A DNA stretch of 64,000 nucleotides from an uncultured Chloroflexia bacterium (GTDB lineage: Bacteria > Chloroflexota > Anaerolineae > Anaerolineales > RBG-16-64-43). The stretch is taken from assembly GCA_963724345.1 (NCBI GenBank), contig CAVRUI010000003.1, positions 1,977,449 through 2,041,448 on the forward strand, given 5' to 3'. Both the position numbers and the translations under genes were made by a program. Below, piece after piece: positions 1-9,774 of this stretch. Position 1 is the stretch's first letter, and each line of letters starts with the position of its first letter. The notes beneath the pieces were generated by a model. The model worked only from the letters and a program-made list of their open reading frames with translations. It had not been told where the DNA came from and searched no databases.

Positions 1-413
1 ACAGCCCCGACGGCGCCGAGAACCGCCATGATCGGGACCAGGATCAATCCGTAGAAACAGGAATTGAAGACCGCAAAGAGCGTCACCGAGGTCTGGCTGA
101 TCGGCGCGGCGGTTTCCGAACACATGCCCGGGATGCAGGCGACGTTGTTGCCGAGGACGAGCTGGCCGATCATCTGGCCGATGAACTGCGCCACCAGCCC
201 GACCCCGCCGGTGATTGCGCCGGTGATCGCGCCCCGGACGGCGGCCTTCTCGGCTTCGGCCGGTTTTTCAAAAACCGAGCAGAGGAAGCCGGCGGCCAAT
301 CCCAGCAAAATGCCGAGGACGGGGCTTGCCAGGCAGCAAACGTTGGAAAGCACGCCGCCGATGACCACCAGGATAAACGTTGCCACTCCGACGATCAGGC
401 TGGATTTGACCAT
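1..413 (-). CDS. hypothetical polytopic membrane protein. N-terminal part only; the C-terminus lies beyond the window start.
   Basis: Reverse-strand ATG at 411-413 preceded by GGGAGG. The translation (MVKSSLIVGVATFILVVIGGVLSNVCCLASPVLGILLGLAAGF...) is strongly hydrophobic. The ORF track omits it because it runs off the window edge. Confidence 0.5.
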   Translation of the reverse strand, partial: MVKSSLIVGVATFILVVIGGVLSNVCCLASPVLGILLGLAAGFLCSVFEKPAEAEKAAVRGAITGAITGGVGLVAQFIGQMIGQLVLGNNVACIPGMCSETAAPISQTSVTLFAVFNSCFYGLILVPIMAVLGAVGA

Positions 414-546
414 TGTCCCTCCCGAGGATGGTTTGCGGCCATTATATCGCTGAAGTATCTGTTCGAAACCGGATCTATTCCATCTCTGCAAACAATCCAT
501 CATGCTTGGCAACATTCTCCAATGCCATCTGATATATAATTTTTAC

Positions 547-1275
547 ATGTCCGACCTTACGCTTTCCGGCCGGGTGGCGCTCGTCACCGGCGGTGCAGCC
601 CGTTTGGGACGCGCCATCGCCCTGGGGCTGGCCGCGCGCGGAGCCGACCTCGCGTTGCACTACAATTCGTCCGAAGCCGAAGCCGGCCGCACGGCGGAGG
701 AAATTCGCGCGCTCGGCCGCCGGTGCATCCTGATCGGCGCCGACCTGCGGCAGGCGGATGCCCCCGAGAAGATCCTCCATGCCGCGGACGCGGCCTACAA
801 AAAGACCGACATCCTCATCAACTCCGCCGCGGTATTCGAACGCGGGACTCTGGAAAAAACATCACCGGACCTCTGGGAAAAAACCCTGGCGATCAATCTG
901 CGGGCGCCGTTCTTTCTGAGCCAGGCATTCGCCGCACAAACCGAAAACGGGGATATCATTTTTCTCGCGGATTCCCGCGTCCGGCGTCCGACCGTGGAAT
1001 TTCTCGCGTACACGCTGACCAAATCCGCGCTCATCACCCTCACCCGGTCGCTCGCGAAATCCCTCGCGCCGCGGATCCGGGTGAACGCGGTTGCGCCCGG
1101 GGTGATCCTTCCCCCGCCCGGCGAAGGCGAGGAATATTTGCAGCGGCTCATCCCCCGGATCCCGCTCGGGCGCCACGGATCTCCGGATGACATCGTCCGC
1201 GGCGTCGCGTACCTGCTGGAAGCACCGTTCGTCACCGGCGAGGTCCTGCACATCGACGGCGGCGAGTATCTTTAA
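547..1275 (+). CDS. short-chain dehydrogenase/reductase. Likely a FolM/PTR1-like pteridine reductase (alternative dihydrofolate reductase).
   Basis: N-terminal Rossmann motif VALVTGGAARLGRA and an SDR catalytic region (YTLTKSAL). It sits immediately upstream of folB-folK-folE. The ATG at 547 is chosen over the longer 502 ORF because it gives a typical SDR N-terminus. Confidence 0.8.
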   Translation: MSDLTLSGRVALVTGGAARLGRAIALGLAARGADLALHYNSSEAEAGRTAEEIRALGRRCILIGADLRQADAPEKILHAADAAYKKTDILINSAAVFERGTLEKTSPDLWEKTLAINLRAPFFLSQAFAAQTENGDIIFLADSRVRRPTVEFLAYTLTKSALITLTRSLAKSLAPRIRVNAVAPGVILPPPGEGEEYLQRLIPRIPLGRHGSPDDIVRGVAYLLEAPFVTGEVLHIDGGEYL

Positions 1276-1278
1276 TGC

Positions 1279-1375
1279 CTTCCACGAAGAACACGAAGAA
1301 TACCTGAAGAACACGAAGTTTTCTATCTTAGACCTTGCGCGTCCTTCAGAGTGTTCCCTTCGTGCCCTTCGTGGA
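1279..1375 (+). promoter_or_regulatory. long imperfect inverted repeat / structured intergenic element between the SDR gene and folB
   Basis: ccacgaagaacacgaag ... cttcgtgcccttcgtgg form 8+7 bp complementary arms around an approximately 60-nt region that itself contains a nested pair (gaagaacac / gtgttc). Possible attenuator or leader RNA. Confidence 0.35.
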
Positions 1376-1378
1376 ATA

Positions 1379-1753
1379 ATGGAGGACGGCATGACCGATA
1401 CGCTCATTATCAAGGATCTGCTGGTCCGGACCGTGCTGGGGGTTGGCGATGAGGAACGCCGGGACAAACAGGACGCGCTCATCTCCATAACGCTCTTCAC
1501 CGACACCCGCGTTCCGGGAAAGACCGACAAGATCGAAGATGCCGTCAACTACCGGACGATCACCAAGCGGGTGCTCGCGCTTGCGGAACAATCCAACTTC
1601 CGCCTGGTCGAACGGTTCGCGGAGGAGATCGCCGCCCTGTGCCTGGAAGAATCCCGCGTGACGGGTGTGCGCGTGACGGTCGAAAAACCCGGCGCACTGC
1701 GCTTCGCCCGTTCGGTGTGTGTGACGATCGAGCGGGGGCGCACGGGTGGCTGA
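1379..1753 (+). CDS. folB: dihydroneopterin aldolase
   Basis: Approximately 120-aa protein with the FolB fold signature (LIIKDLLVRTVLGVGDEERRDKQDALISITLFTD...). Folate operon context. An alternative start lies at 1391. Confidence 0.85.
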   Translation: MEDGMTDTLIIKDLLVRTVLGVGDEERRDKQDALISITLFTDTRVPGKTDKIEDAVNYRTITKRVLALAEQSNFRLVERFAEEIAALCLEESRVTGVRVTVEKPGALRFARSVCVTIERGRTGG

Positions 1754-2267
1754 CCACACCGCCTGGCTGGCGCTGGGATCCAACATCCGTCCGGAGGAAA
1801 ATCTTGCCCGGGCCGTGACCCTGCTTGCAGAGCGGTTTCCGGACCTGGCGGTTTCCTCCGCCTGGCAATCTCCCCCGGCGGATGGCTCAGACCAGCCGGA
1901 TTATCTGAACGCCGCGGTCAGGATCCGGACGGACCTGACGCCGGAAGAATTGCTTGCGGGGGTGATCGCCCCGATCGAGCGGCAGCTGGGGCGGCGGCGC
2001 ACGGCGGACAAATTCGCGCCGCGCACGATCGATATCGACCTGGCCCTGTACGACGAGCGGGTCGGAGAGTATTCCGGAAAACGGCTTCCGCATCCGGACA
2101 TTCTCACCATGGCTCACACCGCCCTGCCGCTCGCGGAGCTTTCTCCCGAAGTGCGCCATCCCGAAACCGGCGAACCTCTGCGCGCGATTGCCGCCCGTTT
2201 GCCGCACGCGAACATCAGCCGCCGGGAGGATCTGAATCTGGCGCAAAAGGTAAAGCCGGTCGAGTAG
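1746..2267 (+). CDS. folK: 2-amino-4-hydroxy-6-hydroxymethyldihydropteridine pyrophosphokinase (HPPK)
   Basis: AWLALGSNIRPEENL...IDIDLALYDE motifs are typical of HPPK. A GTG start overlaps the folB stop. It ends with TAG, so TAG is a genuine stop codon here. Confidence 0.9.
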   Translation: MADHTAWLALGSNIRPEENLARAVTLLAERFPDLAVSSAWQSPPADGSDQPDYLNAAVRIRTDLTPEELLAGVIAPIERQLGRRRTADKFAPRTIDIDLALYDERVGEYSGKRLPHPDILTMAHTALPLAELSPEVRHPETGEPLRAIAARLPHANISRREDLNLAQKVKPVE

Positions 2268-2555
2268 CCCCGAACCGCTTCCCGGTCGGGGCGTATCGAG
2301 GCCGGAAGATAATAAAGGAAGACAGATTATCCTGATGAAGGAAAGGTCATAGTTGGCGGATTGAGGTAATAAATCCGCCCGCCCTGGCGGGCTGGGCCAA
2401 GGATTGCAAAATGCGTTTCCCCGGCCTACCAATTCCGTGGAAAAAACCATCTGGTGTTTGGAGTCGGTGGTCTCGATATGCCCGAAAGAACACGGGCTAT
2501 CCCGGCCAAGACCGCCGGGACATGCTCGATCCCCTTAAGCCTATAGGAGAATCCA
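2268..2555 (+). promoter_or_regulatory. 288-nt structured leader upstream of folE. Candidate cis-regulatory RNA, possibly a folate-responsive riboswitch.
   Basis: Several strong local hairpins (ggcggat...atccgcc; gcccgcc...ggcgggc) in an unusually long non-coding gap inside an otherwise tightly packed operon. No family assignment is possible by eye. Confidence 0.3.
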
Positions 2556-3200
2556 ATGCCAACAATGAGCACCGATCCCTCTGAATTCGATATTTTCCGT
2601 GACGACCTCTCCGACCGGCCGTCGCAGGGGTGCGACAACGACGTCGAGTGCGCGGTCCGGTCGATCCTCGGCGCGATCGGCGAGGACCCCAACCGGGAAG
2701 GGCTGGTGCGCACTCCGTTGCGGGTGGCGCGGATGTTTGAGGAGATGACCGCCGGATACCACGTGGACCCGGTTAAACTGATAAACGAAGCCATTTTCAA
2801 GGTGGATTACGACGAGATGGTGGTGGTGCGGGATATTGATTTCGCCAGCATGTGCGAACATCATATGCTGCCTTTTTTGGGGAAGGCGCATGTGGCGTAC
2901 ATCCCGGACGGCAAGGTGATCGGCCTGTCGAAGATTCCGCGGGTGGTGGAGATGTTCGCCCGCCGGTTGCAGCTTCAGGAGCGGATGACGCAGGAGATCG
3001 CGGCGTTCCTGATGGAGGCGCTCCACCCCTGCGGGGTGGGCGTGGTGGTGGAAGGCCTGCATATGTGCATGGCGATCCGCGGCGTGAAGAAGGCCAACGC
3101 GCGGATGATCACCAGCGCCGTGCGGGGTTCCTTCAAGGAGAACCTCAACACCCGCAACGAGTTTTTCTCCCACATCGGGCACGCACATATCAACGGCTGA
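2556..3200 (+). CDS. folE: GTP cyclohydrolase I
   Basis: Full-length match to the FolE/GCH1 architecture ([11 protein letters not shown]...VEGLHMCM...). AGGAGA RBS 6 nt upstream. Confidence 0.95.
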   Translation: MPTMSTDPSEFDIFRDDLSDRPSQGCDNDVECAVRSILGAIGEDPNREGLVRTPLRVARMFEEMTAGYHVDPVKLINEAIFKVDYDEMVVVRDIDFASMCEHHMLPFLGKAHVAYIPDGKVIGLSKIPRVVEMFARRLQLQERMTQEIAAFLMEALHPCGVGVVVEGLHMCMAIRGVKKANARMITSAVRGSFKENLNTRNEFFSHIGHAHING

Positions 3201-3252
3201 CCGGGAGCAACTTTGACTTCCCCTCCGCCCCCGTGTTAGAATGCCACGCGTT

Positions 3253-3326
3253 GGGCCGTTAGCTCAAGCGGTTAGAGCAGGTGCCTTTTAAGCACTTGGT
3301 TGAGGGTTCGAGTTCCCCACGGCTCA
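3253..3326 (+). tRNA. tRNA-Lys (anticodon UUU)
   Basis: Cloverleaf with acceptor GGGCCGT/ACGGCTC and D-arm TAGCTCAAGCGGTTAGAGC. Anticodon loop CTTTTAA, T-loop TTCGAGT. Close to E. coli tRNA-Lys. Confidence 0.75.
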
Positions 3327-3424
3327 CTCAGCGGTTTCGTTTCCCGGTGTTCCCGCCGGCTCCCCGACGAAAAAGAAATCTTGACCGCTTTCCTCCCTCC
3401 CGGTACAATCCACCGGCTGTCTTT

Positions 3425-3496
3425 GGCGAGGTAGCTCAATGGTAGAGCAGGGGACTCATAAGCCCTTGGTTGATGGTCCAATTCCATTCCTCGCCA
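3425..3496 (+). tRNA. tRNA-Met, elongator type (anticodon CAU)
   Basis: Acceptor GGCGAGG/CCTCGCC with a G1:C72 pair, so not the initiator. Anticodon loop CTCATAA. Unusual T-loop TCCAATT. Confidence 0.65.
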
Positions 3497-3508
3497 CTGA
3501 TAAAGACG

Positions 3509-3545
3509 ACCATGGACGATAGACCATGGTCGTTGTTTTTTTTGT
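3509..3545 (+). terminator. rho-independent terminator after the tRNA pair
   Basis: Perfect 10-bp stem (acgaccatgg / ccatggtcgt) followed by T9. Confidence 0.7.
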
Positions 3546-3691
3546 AGGGGTTTTTACGCAGCCTGCGAATTCAGTTCTTGAAAATCCTCAATCCTCAAAA
3601 TTAATACCCAATATAATTTCCATAAATACTCTCTTCTCCTGAGGAACGATCGCCAATAATCAACAAAGGGCCATGGTCCATCGTCTATGGT

Positions 3692-4645
3692 CTATGGTCG
3701 ATACTCCATGGTCGGCGTTTTCTTCAGCTTCACGATTTCACCGGTTTGCGCAAATACGCGAATCCATTCCTCCGCCAGGAGATCCGCGCCGGTCGGGCCG
3801 GGGTGCATGACGTCAGAATACATCCAGTCCGTGTACCAATGGACGGTATATACGTTCCACGCATCCATGAGAAAAACGCTTTTCCCCGCCGCCGCATAAC
3901 CTTTCACCAGCGTTCGTTGCGCACCCGCCAACTGTTTCAATCCGATGTTGTAATCGCACCAATACCCGGTCTCCCACACCAAGGTGCCGTTTTCGTCGAA
4001 GTGCGACCAGGGCAGGCCGCCGTACACCGGAATGGCCGTAAGGAGGAGAACCGGAATGTTCCTTTCCACCAGGACATCGATCTGCTTCCGAAGATACTGG
4101 ATGTGCCGCTGGACGAGATAATCCATTTTTTCGGGAATTATCGCATTCGTCGTCCGGTCGAAGAAACCGGGGCAGCCCAGCAAATCGTTGAATCCCCACC
4201 AGATGGTGACCACATCGGGCTGAAAAACCAGCACAGTGGTTTCAAGGTTCTCAAACGCCCACTTCGCCATCCGTCCGCCATAATTGGCCGTGATCAGGTT
4301 GTAACCGGGATCGAATTTCTCCCGAACATCATCGACAAAGGAATATCCGGATTTACTTTGCCGGCCGACCTCGCCGATTTTCAAAAGGCTGTCGCCGTAA
4401 AACACTATCGTTAATGGCCACTTGCGCGTGACGGTGGGAGTTGGGCTGGCGGTGGGTGTGAGGGATCGGGTGAACGTCGGCGGGGGCGTGGTGGCGGTCG
4501 GGGTGACCGTGTCAGAAGGTGTGGCGGAAGGTTGCAGGGCCGGGAGGACCGGACTTTGGGAAGCACAACCCGAAACCGTGGAGACGAACAGGACGGCTAG
4601 AAAAAAAACAATTCTTGGGTTAATGCTGGATGTGCTTTTAACCAT
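3692..4645 (-). CDS. secreted SGNH/GDSL-family hydrolase lipoprotein with a Thr/Pro-rich linker
   Basis: Signal peptide plus lipobox (LFVSTVSGC), a PT-rich linker and a GDS block (IVFYGDSLL). The start is placed at MVKSTSS rather than the longer ORF. Confidence 0.7.
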   Translation of the reverse strand: MVKSTSSINPRIVFFLAVLFVSTVSGCASQSPVLPALQPSATPSDTVTPTATTPPPTFTRSLTPTASPTPTVTRKWPLTIVFYGDSLLKIGEVGRQSKSGYSFVDDVREKFDPGYNLITANYGGRMAKWAFENLETTVLVFQPDVVTIWWGFNDLLGCPGFFDRTTNAIIPEKMDYLVQRHIQYLRKQIDVLVERNIPVLLLTAIPVYGGLPWSHFDENGTLVWETGYWCDYNIGLKQLAGAQRTLVKGYAAAGKSVFLMDAWNVYTVHWYTDWMYSDVMHPGPTGADLLAEEWIRVFAQTGEIVKLKKTPTMEYRP

Positions 4646-4831
4646 GGCAATTCCGTACGGCCGGAGTATTATACCCATCTCCATTCATCCTCAGGGGTAA
4701 ATACCCTCTTCCATACGCGACGACAATACTTCGCCCAATCCGGGATGGACCGATAAAAAAAGAGGCGCGATGACTTTTCATCTTCGCGCCCCCAACAGGT
4801 TGCGGTTTTCTCTCCACCGGGTTTTCCGTGG

Positions 4832-7321
4832 TCAAGCCCTACTCCGTCTCCGCCGCACCCAATTGCTGACCGCTTTGCCAACCTCGACCGTTGCCAGCAA
4901 AAAGACGGCGATGCCCGCGACCAAGGCCCACTCCCCGAGGGACAGGGGAACGATTCCAAGGAGAGTGCGAATTCCCGGGATGAGGAAAGCGATGGCGACC
5001 ATGGCCAATCCGCCCAGCACGGCCCAGACCAGCGGCTTGTTGCGGCTGAGCGGTCCGCTGCGGTAGACAGGCCGGCGCATGCTGCGGTAGGCAAAAATGT
5101 AGATCATCGAGTTGACGGCGAAGCTGGCAAAGACGATGCTCCGGCCCTCGATGGGATTGCCGTGGATGTTGTAGAAGTAGCCGAACAGGGCCAGTGCGAA
5201 AACCGAGCTGGCGATGCTGATAATGGCGATCAGCGCCATGCCCAGACCGGTCAGCACGGGCTCCTTCATGGATTTGGGTTTTTCCTTCATGATCCCCTCT
5301 TCGACGGGTTCAAAACCCAGGACGATATCGGAGGGGCCGTCGCAGATCAAATGGATCCAGAGGATCTGCGCCACGGCGAGCGGGGCCGGCCAGCGGAACA
5401 TCATGGCCGTGAAAATCGTCAGCACCTCGGCGAAGGAGTTCGAAAGCGTGTACGCCACCACTTTGCGGATGTTTTCAAAGATCGTCCGCCCCTCCTCGAT
5501 CGCCGCCACCACGGTCCGGAAGTTGTTGTCCATGAGGATCAGGTCGGCGGTTTCCTTGGCCACGTCGGTGGCGCTCCCGACCACCACGCCGATATTGGCG
5601 CGCTGGAGGGCGGGCGCATCGTTCACCCCGTCGCCGATCATGGCGGTCACCTCGCCGTTGGCCTGCAGCGCCTTGACGATGCGGAGTTTATCCTGCGGGC
5701 GGATGCGGGAGAAAATGGCCGTACCGGCGACTTTCTTCTGGAGCTGCTCGTCGGTCAGATTTGCCAGAGCATCCCCCTCCACAATTTCCTCGTTCTGCTC
5801 CATCAGACCGATATTCCGGGCGATCTTTTCGGCGGTCCTGCGGTAATCGCCGGTGATCATCTTGACGCGAATCCCAGCCTCGTGGGCGACCCGGATCGAA
5901 TCGACGACCCCGTCGCGGACCGGATCCTCCATCCCGAGCAGACCCAGCCAGGTATAGCCGGAATGGTTTTCAAGCGCCCCCAGGGAGCGGTTGGCCAACC
6001 CAAGCAGGCGCAACCCTTCGCCGGCCCAGGAATCCACCTTCGCCAGGATCTCCGCCCGTTCCGCATCCGAAACCTTGCACATAGTCAGCACGATCTCGGG
6101 AGCGCCTTTCAGAAAATTAAACTTGTCCCCGTCGATGCGGTTGGCGGTGATCATGTACTTGGTCTCGCTGGTGAACATTTCTTCCGCAAGCCGGTCGGCA
6201 TGATCGGCCAGGTCATGGGCTCCGGTCGGATTCTGCGCCAGGGCGTATTCCCACAGCGCCACATCCACCGGACCTTCGAGATCGTTGCAGAGGGTCATCA
6301 CCTGTCCCGCCCGGAGGGGATCCGTCACATCGGCGCGGGTAACGCGCATCCGGCCTTCGGTAAGCGTTCCGGTTTTGTCCGTGCAGATCGTCGTGACCGA
6401 TCCGAGCGTTTCGACGGCCAGCAGCCGTTTCACCAAACCGTTCCTTTTCAGGATCTTGCGCATCCCCACCACAAGGATGACGGTGACGGCGATCAGCAGG
6501 CCCTCCGGAACAGCCGCGATCGCCAGGATGATGGACGTCCGCAGCATATCCAGGAACGCCCCGCCCATCAGGACTCCGACGGTCAGGATGATCAGCGTGA
6601 AACCGATCACGACCAAGGTCAGCCACTGGCTGAAGTTTTTCAGCCGGATCTGGAGCGGGGTTTCCTCCTCGGTATATTCCTGCAGGCTCAAGGCGATCGC
6701 CCCGAGCTCCGTCCGGGAGCCGGTGTTGGTGACCTTCATCAAGCCCCGGCCGGCAACCACGGTGGTGCCCATGAACACCTTGTCGTGACCGGTTTCGATA
6801 CTTTTGGTTACGGATTCGCTTTCCCCGGTCAGGATGGCTTCGTTGACGGATAGTTTGTTGCTTTCGATCATCGCCCCGTCACCGGGAACATGCTCGCCCA
6901 TATTGAGCAGCACGATATCCCCGGGAACCAGTTCCCATACCTCCACTTCCTGCCGTTTCCCCTCGCGGATGACGGTGGTGGTGGGCCGGAGCAATCCCTT
7001 GAGGGCGGAATAGGTCCGCTTGGCCTGGTATTCCTGCACGAAGCCCAGAATCACATCGATCACCACAACCGCCATGATGATTCCGAAATCTCCCAGTTCG
7101 CCGACGATCAGCGAAACCAGTGCGGCGACCAGGATGATGTAGACCAGCGGGCTTTTTACCTGGGCCAGCAGGATGGACCAAACCGAAATTCCCTTTTCGG
7201 CCGGCAGGCGGTTCTCCCCGAATTGCGCGCGCCGGGCCAGGACTTCTTCCGCATTTAATCCGAGATTCGTGTCCTGGCCGCCCGCGGAGGCGGTGATGGA
7301 AAACGGCTTTTCAGATGACAT
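4832..7321 (-). CDS. P-type cation-transporting ATPase (P2-type, Ca2+/Mg2+-like)
   Basis: DKTGTLT phosphorylation motif, TGES, GDGVNDAPAL and 10 predicted TM segments. The start is MSSEKPF with a GGAG RBS. The upstream 85 codons of the ORF-track entry are non-protein-like. Confidence 0.9.
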   Translation of the reverse strand: MSSEKPFSITASAGGQDTNLGLNAEEVLARRAQFGENRLPAEKGISVWSILLAQVKSPLVYIILVAALVSLIVGELGDFGIIMAVVVIDVILGFVQEYQAKRTYSALKGLLRPTTTVIREGKRQEVEVWELVPGDIVLLNMGEHVPGDGAMIESNKLSVNEAILTGESESVTKSIETGHDKVFMGTTVVAGRGLMKVTNTGSRTELGAIALSLQEYTEEETPLQIRLKNFSQWLTLVVIGFTLIILTVGVLMGGAFLDMLRTSIILAIAAVPEGLLIAVTVILVVGMRKILKRNGLVKRLLAVETLGSVTTICTDKTGTLTEGRMRVTRADVTDPLRAGQVMTLCNDLEGPVDVALWEYALAQNPTGAHDLADHADRLAEEMFTSETKYMITANRIDGDKFNFLKGAPEIVLTMCKVSDAERAEILAKVDSWAGEGLRLLGLANRSLGALENHSGYTWLGLLGMEDPVRDGVVDSIRVAHEAGIRVKMITGDYRRTAEKIARNIGLMEQNEEIVEGDALANLTDEQLQKKVAGTAIFSRIRPQDKLRIVKALQANGEVTAMIGDGVNDAPALQRANIGVVVGSATDVAKETADLILMDNNFRTVVAAIEEGRTIFENIRKVVAYTLSNSFAEVLTIFTAMMFRWPAPLAVAQILWIHLICDGPSDIVLGFEPVEEGIMKEKPKSMKEPVLTGLGMALIAIISIASSVFALALFGYFYNIHGNPIEGRSIVFASFAVNSMIYIFAYRSMRRPVYRSGPLSRNKPLVWAVLGGLAMVAIAFLIPGIRTLLGIVPLSLGEWALVAGIAVFLLATVEVGKAVSNWVRRRRSRA

Positions 7322-7630
7322 ACGGAAAGTACACTCCTTTGCGGGATAAATCCGCCGAAACATCCCGGCAGGTCCTTCATCTTCATTAATGGATTCGAAA
7401 ACGAATCCATTGCTTTTTGTTACTCGGGAGCAAATCCAAAGGCAAGCGCCGAATCGCCCTCTACATATGAACACTTGTTCAACTATCAAGTATAACATTT
7501 GACTTTGGGTTGTCAATTCCGCCCGCGAAAGAAAATCCCCTTCCGTTTTTTTATTCAGGCTTTTTGGGGCGTCCATCGGCTGTTCGGATTATGGATGCGA
7601 AAGTCCTTTCTCGACTCCGGAAATGACCCG

Positions 7631-8047
7631 ATGAAGAAAAATCCGGCGCTTCCCGTTCCGTTGATATTTCTGGCTTTCCGTATCGCCTGCCTCCTTTCCA
7701 CCCGAACCACGTCCGGATTGGCATGTGGTCGAATCGGCGCGGCGACCCGGGCGGCGCAAGGCGGAGGAGGCGCGGCGGAAAACCCTGCCGGCGCCGGGCG
7801 CGGAATTCACCGATGCACGGTGACGCCGGAAGCCGCTGCCTGCCCCTTCACCGGGGCCGCAAATCTGCCCCTGCCCGCGGGCGTGGCCGCCGGGCTGGAC
7901 GAAACCATCACCCCCTGGGCGCCGGACCGCACCCTGCCGTTGGACCCGGTTCTGGGCACAACCACTCGATTCGCAATACAGACGGGTCGTTTCCTGGGGT
8001 TTGTGGTATCCCTGAGGAATTGGGGAGCGTTCAATCAACTGTTGTGA
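7631..8047 (+). CDS. hypothetical small secreted Gly/Ala/Pro-rich protein
   Basis: MKKNPALPVPLIFLAFRIACLLS signal-like N-terminus. The competing reverse-strand 209-aa ORF is Arg/Gly-rich frame noise. Confidence 0.3.
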   Translation: MKKNPALPVPLIFLAFRIACLLSTRTTSGLACGRIGAATRAAQGGGGAAENPAGAGRGIHRCTVTPEAAACPFTGAANLPLPAGVAAGLDETITPWAPDRTLPLDPVLGTTTRFAIQTGRFLGFVVSLRNWGAFNQLL

Positions 8048-8239
8048 AATAATAGTTAAATCACAGCTCAACAACGTCCTTGGAAAACGGCTGATTTCCG
8101 CCGAAAAACAAGCAAAACGGGGATCACGCGGAGGAGCCTGACAGCGGCATTCCTTGCTTACGGTTAGGCTTTTCCTTATAATAGCCTTATTCCCGGCCTC
8201 TTTTCTCCGTTTTTCCAAGATGCGGGAATTGGGTGAATC

Positions 8240-8479
8240 ATGATTTCGACCGTAACGACCTCGACTGTCTCATCGATAACCAGCGCCGCGATGTTCGGGA
8301 CGCTGGGAGTTATCGGAACTGTTGTGCTTATTACGCTGCTGGTGCAACGGGAATTGGCAAGCGTATCCAACGATGCCCGCCTGCTCCGCCTTCAGCGTAT
8401 ATTATCCATCGCCATTTGGCCATTAATCGCCGTATTCATCCTCATTGCGATCGCCAAGGCCATAGAAATCCTCTCCTAG
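8240..8479 (+). CDS. hypothetical small membrane protein (two predicted TM helices)
   Basis: 79-aa hydrophobic ORF convergent with the LCP gene. No recognisable family. Confidence 0.3.
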   Translation: MISTVTTSTVSSITSAAMFGTLGVIGTVVLITLLVQRELASVSNDARLLRLQRILSIAIWPLIAVFILIAIAKAIEILS

Positions 8480-8679
8480 CGATTTCTCTAGTTTTTGAAA
8501 TTTAACTTTCGTCAGGGGATTCTCCGGGTATTGTCCGGTTATTCTCTCCGAGAGGTTTACTACGCATTCGCTCTCCCGCTTCTCCCGGCTTTCTTCAGCC
8601 GTTGCTTCGGCGGTCAAACACCAAAGTTCGCAGACTCCTTTACCGATAAAAAAAACCTCATTTGTACCGACGCCAGTGA

Positions 8680-9699
8680 TTACTTGGAATTTAAAAATTG
8701 CTGAACCTTGGTGCGGATAGCATCGCCATTCGGATATAAAACACCGCCCGCTCCAAATGTAACGTCATTTGGCCCAACTCCGCCCACCGTAATTCTCTCC
8801 ATGGGGATTTGCTGGAAAATGCAGACAAGGTCAGAAATTTGCTGAAGGCTGAGATCCGTCGTGACGACCTGAAGAAATTGCGGAATTAGCGACGGGAGCT
8901 TTGAAATATTTTCGGCCGAATACATTTTCTTATAAAGCGCCATAAGCACCTGGGTCTGACGATCCACCCCGCTCCATTGGGCAAACTGCGAAGGGGCAAT
9001 GGCATATTCCAGCGCAAGCGCTCCGCTCATGTAATAGGGACCGGCGGCAAAATAATGGAATCCGTACGGAGTCCCGTCATACGTCACCGGAATGTTCACC
9101 GTAATTCCGCCGACGGTATCGATGATCGTCGCAAGGGTGGACAGTTTTGCCGTAAGGTAGTGATTACTCACTGCGCCGAAATTCTTACTCAACGCCTCCG
9201 CAATCTGGCTGGTGGCCACCGCCACGGAATATCCCGCTGTATTTCTCGCAAACAAATACGCTTCCCCCAGCCGGGCCTGTGTAATACCGTAACCCTCCAA
9301 TCCTATAACGGAGAGCCAGAGATCCTTTGGAAATGAGAAGACGCGCGCGGTTTTTTGTCCGAAATCGATCTTCACAAACCGGATGGCCAGCGGGCCGTTC
9401 ACGCCCATAGTCTTGGGGGCATCGACGCCCATGACGAGTATGTTTTGCGAGCCGGACTGTCCGCAATTTACGGCAGGTTCCGCGGATAACTGAGTGGCTG
9501 TGGGTAAGGGAAGCGGAGTTGTGGCCGGGGGAAGATTAGCGATAATAGCCGGCGTGGGAATGCCGGTATCCGAATTAACAGTCAGCACGGGTCCGAGAGG
9601 CGTATTCCATGCCATATACGCGACCGCCACACTGCAACCACAGAAAAGAATAACCCCCGCCACGGCTGCGATGATAACCAGTAACCGTTTTCTCGTCAT
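8680..9699 (-). CDS. LytR-CpsA-Psr (LCP) family cell-wall glycopolymer ligase
   Basis: N-terminal TM anchor, then an LCP-domain-like sequence (NILVMGVD...FPKDLWL...). GGAGG RBS. First gene of the long leftward glycan locus. Confidence 0.75.
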   Translation of the reverse strand: MTRKRLLVIIAAVAGVILFCGCSVAVAYMAWNTPLGPVLTVNSDTGIPTPAIIANLPPATTPLPLPTATQLSAEPAVNCGQSGSQNILVMGVDAPKTMGVNGPLAIRFVKIDFGQKTARVFSFPKDLWLSVIGLEGYGITQARLGEAYLFARNTAGYSVAVATSQIAEALSKNFGAVSNHYLTAKLSTLATIIDTVGGITVNIPVTYDGTPYGFHYFAAGPYYMSGALALEYAIAPSQFAQWSGVDRQTQVLMALYKKMYSAENISKLPSLIPQFLQVVTTDLSLQQISDLVCIFQQIPMERITVGGVGPNDVTFGAGGVLYPNGDAIRTKVQQFLNSK

Positions 9700-9774
9700 T
9701 GGGACCCTCCTGCTGTGGATCTGCGGTTCTTCCCCCGGAAGGCAAACCACTTAAAATTGTACACTGGATCTGGT

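Noticed and set aside
3253-3700. Integrated mobile element or prophage at the tRNA-Lys/tRNA-Met pair
   Set aside because: There is no integrase, no direct repeat of the tRNA 3' end, and no phage-like gene. The downstream AT-rich 100 bp is just a promoter/terminator zone before the SGNH hydrolase gene.
5162-6853. Long antisense ORFs such as 5162-6853 (+, 563 aa), 52254-53909 (+, 551 aa), 41806-43098 (+, 430 aa) and 31968-32912 (+, 314 aa)
   Set aside because: All lie opposite well-supported genes (ATPase, ICMT/lipoprotein, xylG, flotillin). They have Arg/Gly/Pro/His-dominated low-complexity translations typical of the open antisense frames of high-GC DNA, and they lack RBSs.
7589-8218. Minus-strand 209-aa ORF in the ATPase-LCP intergenic region
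   Set aside because: Its translation is Arg/Gly/Pro-rich frame noise. The + strand 7631-8047 ORF with a signal-peptide-like start is the more plausible, though still weak, gene.
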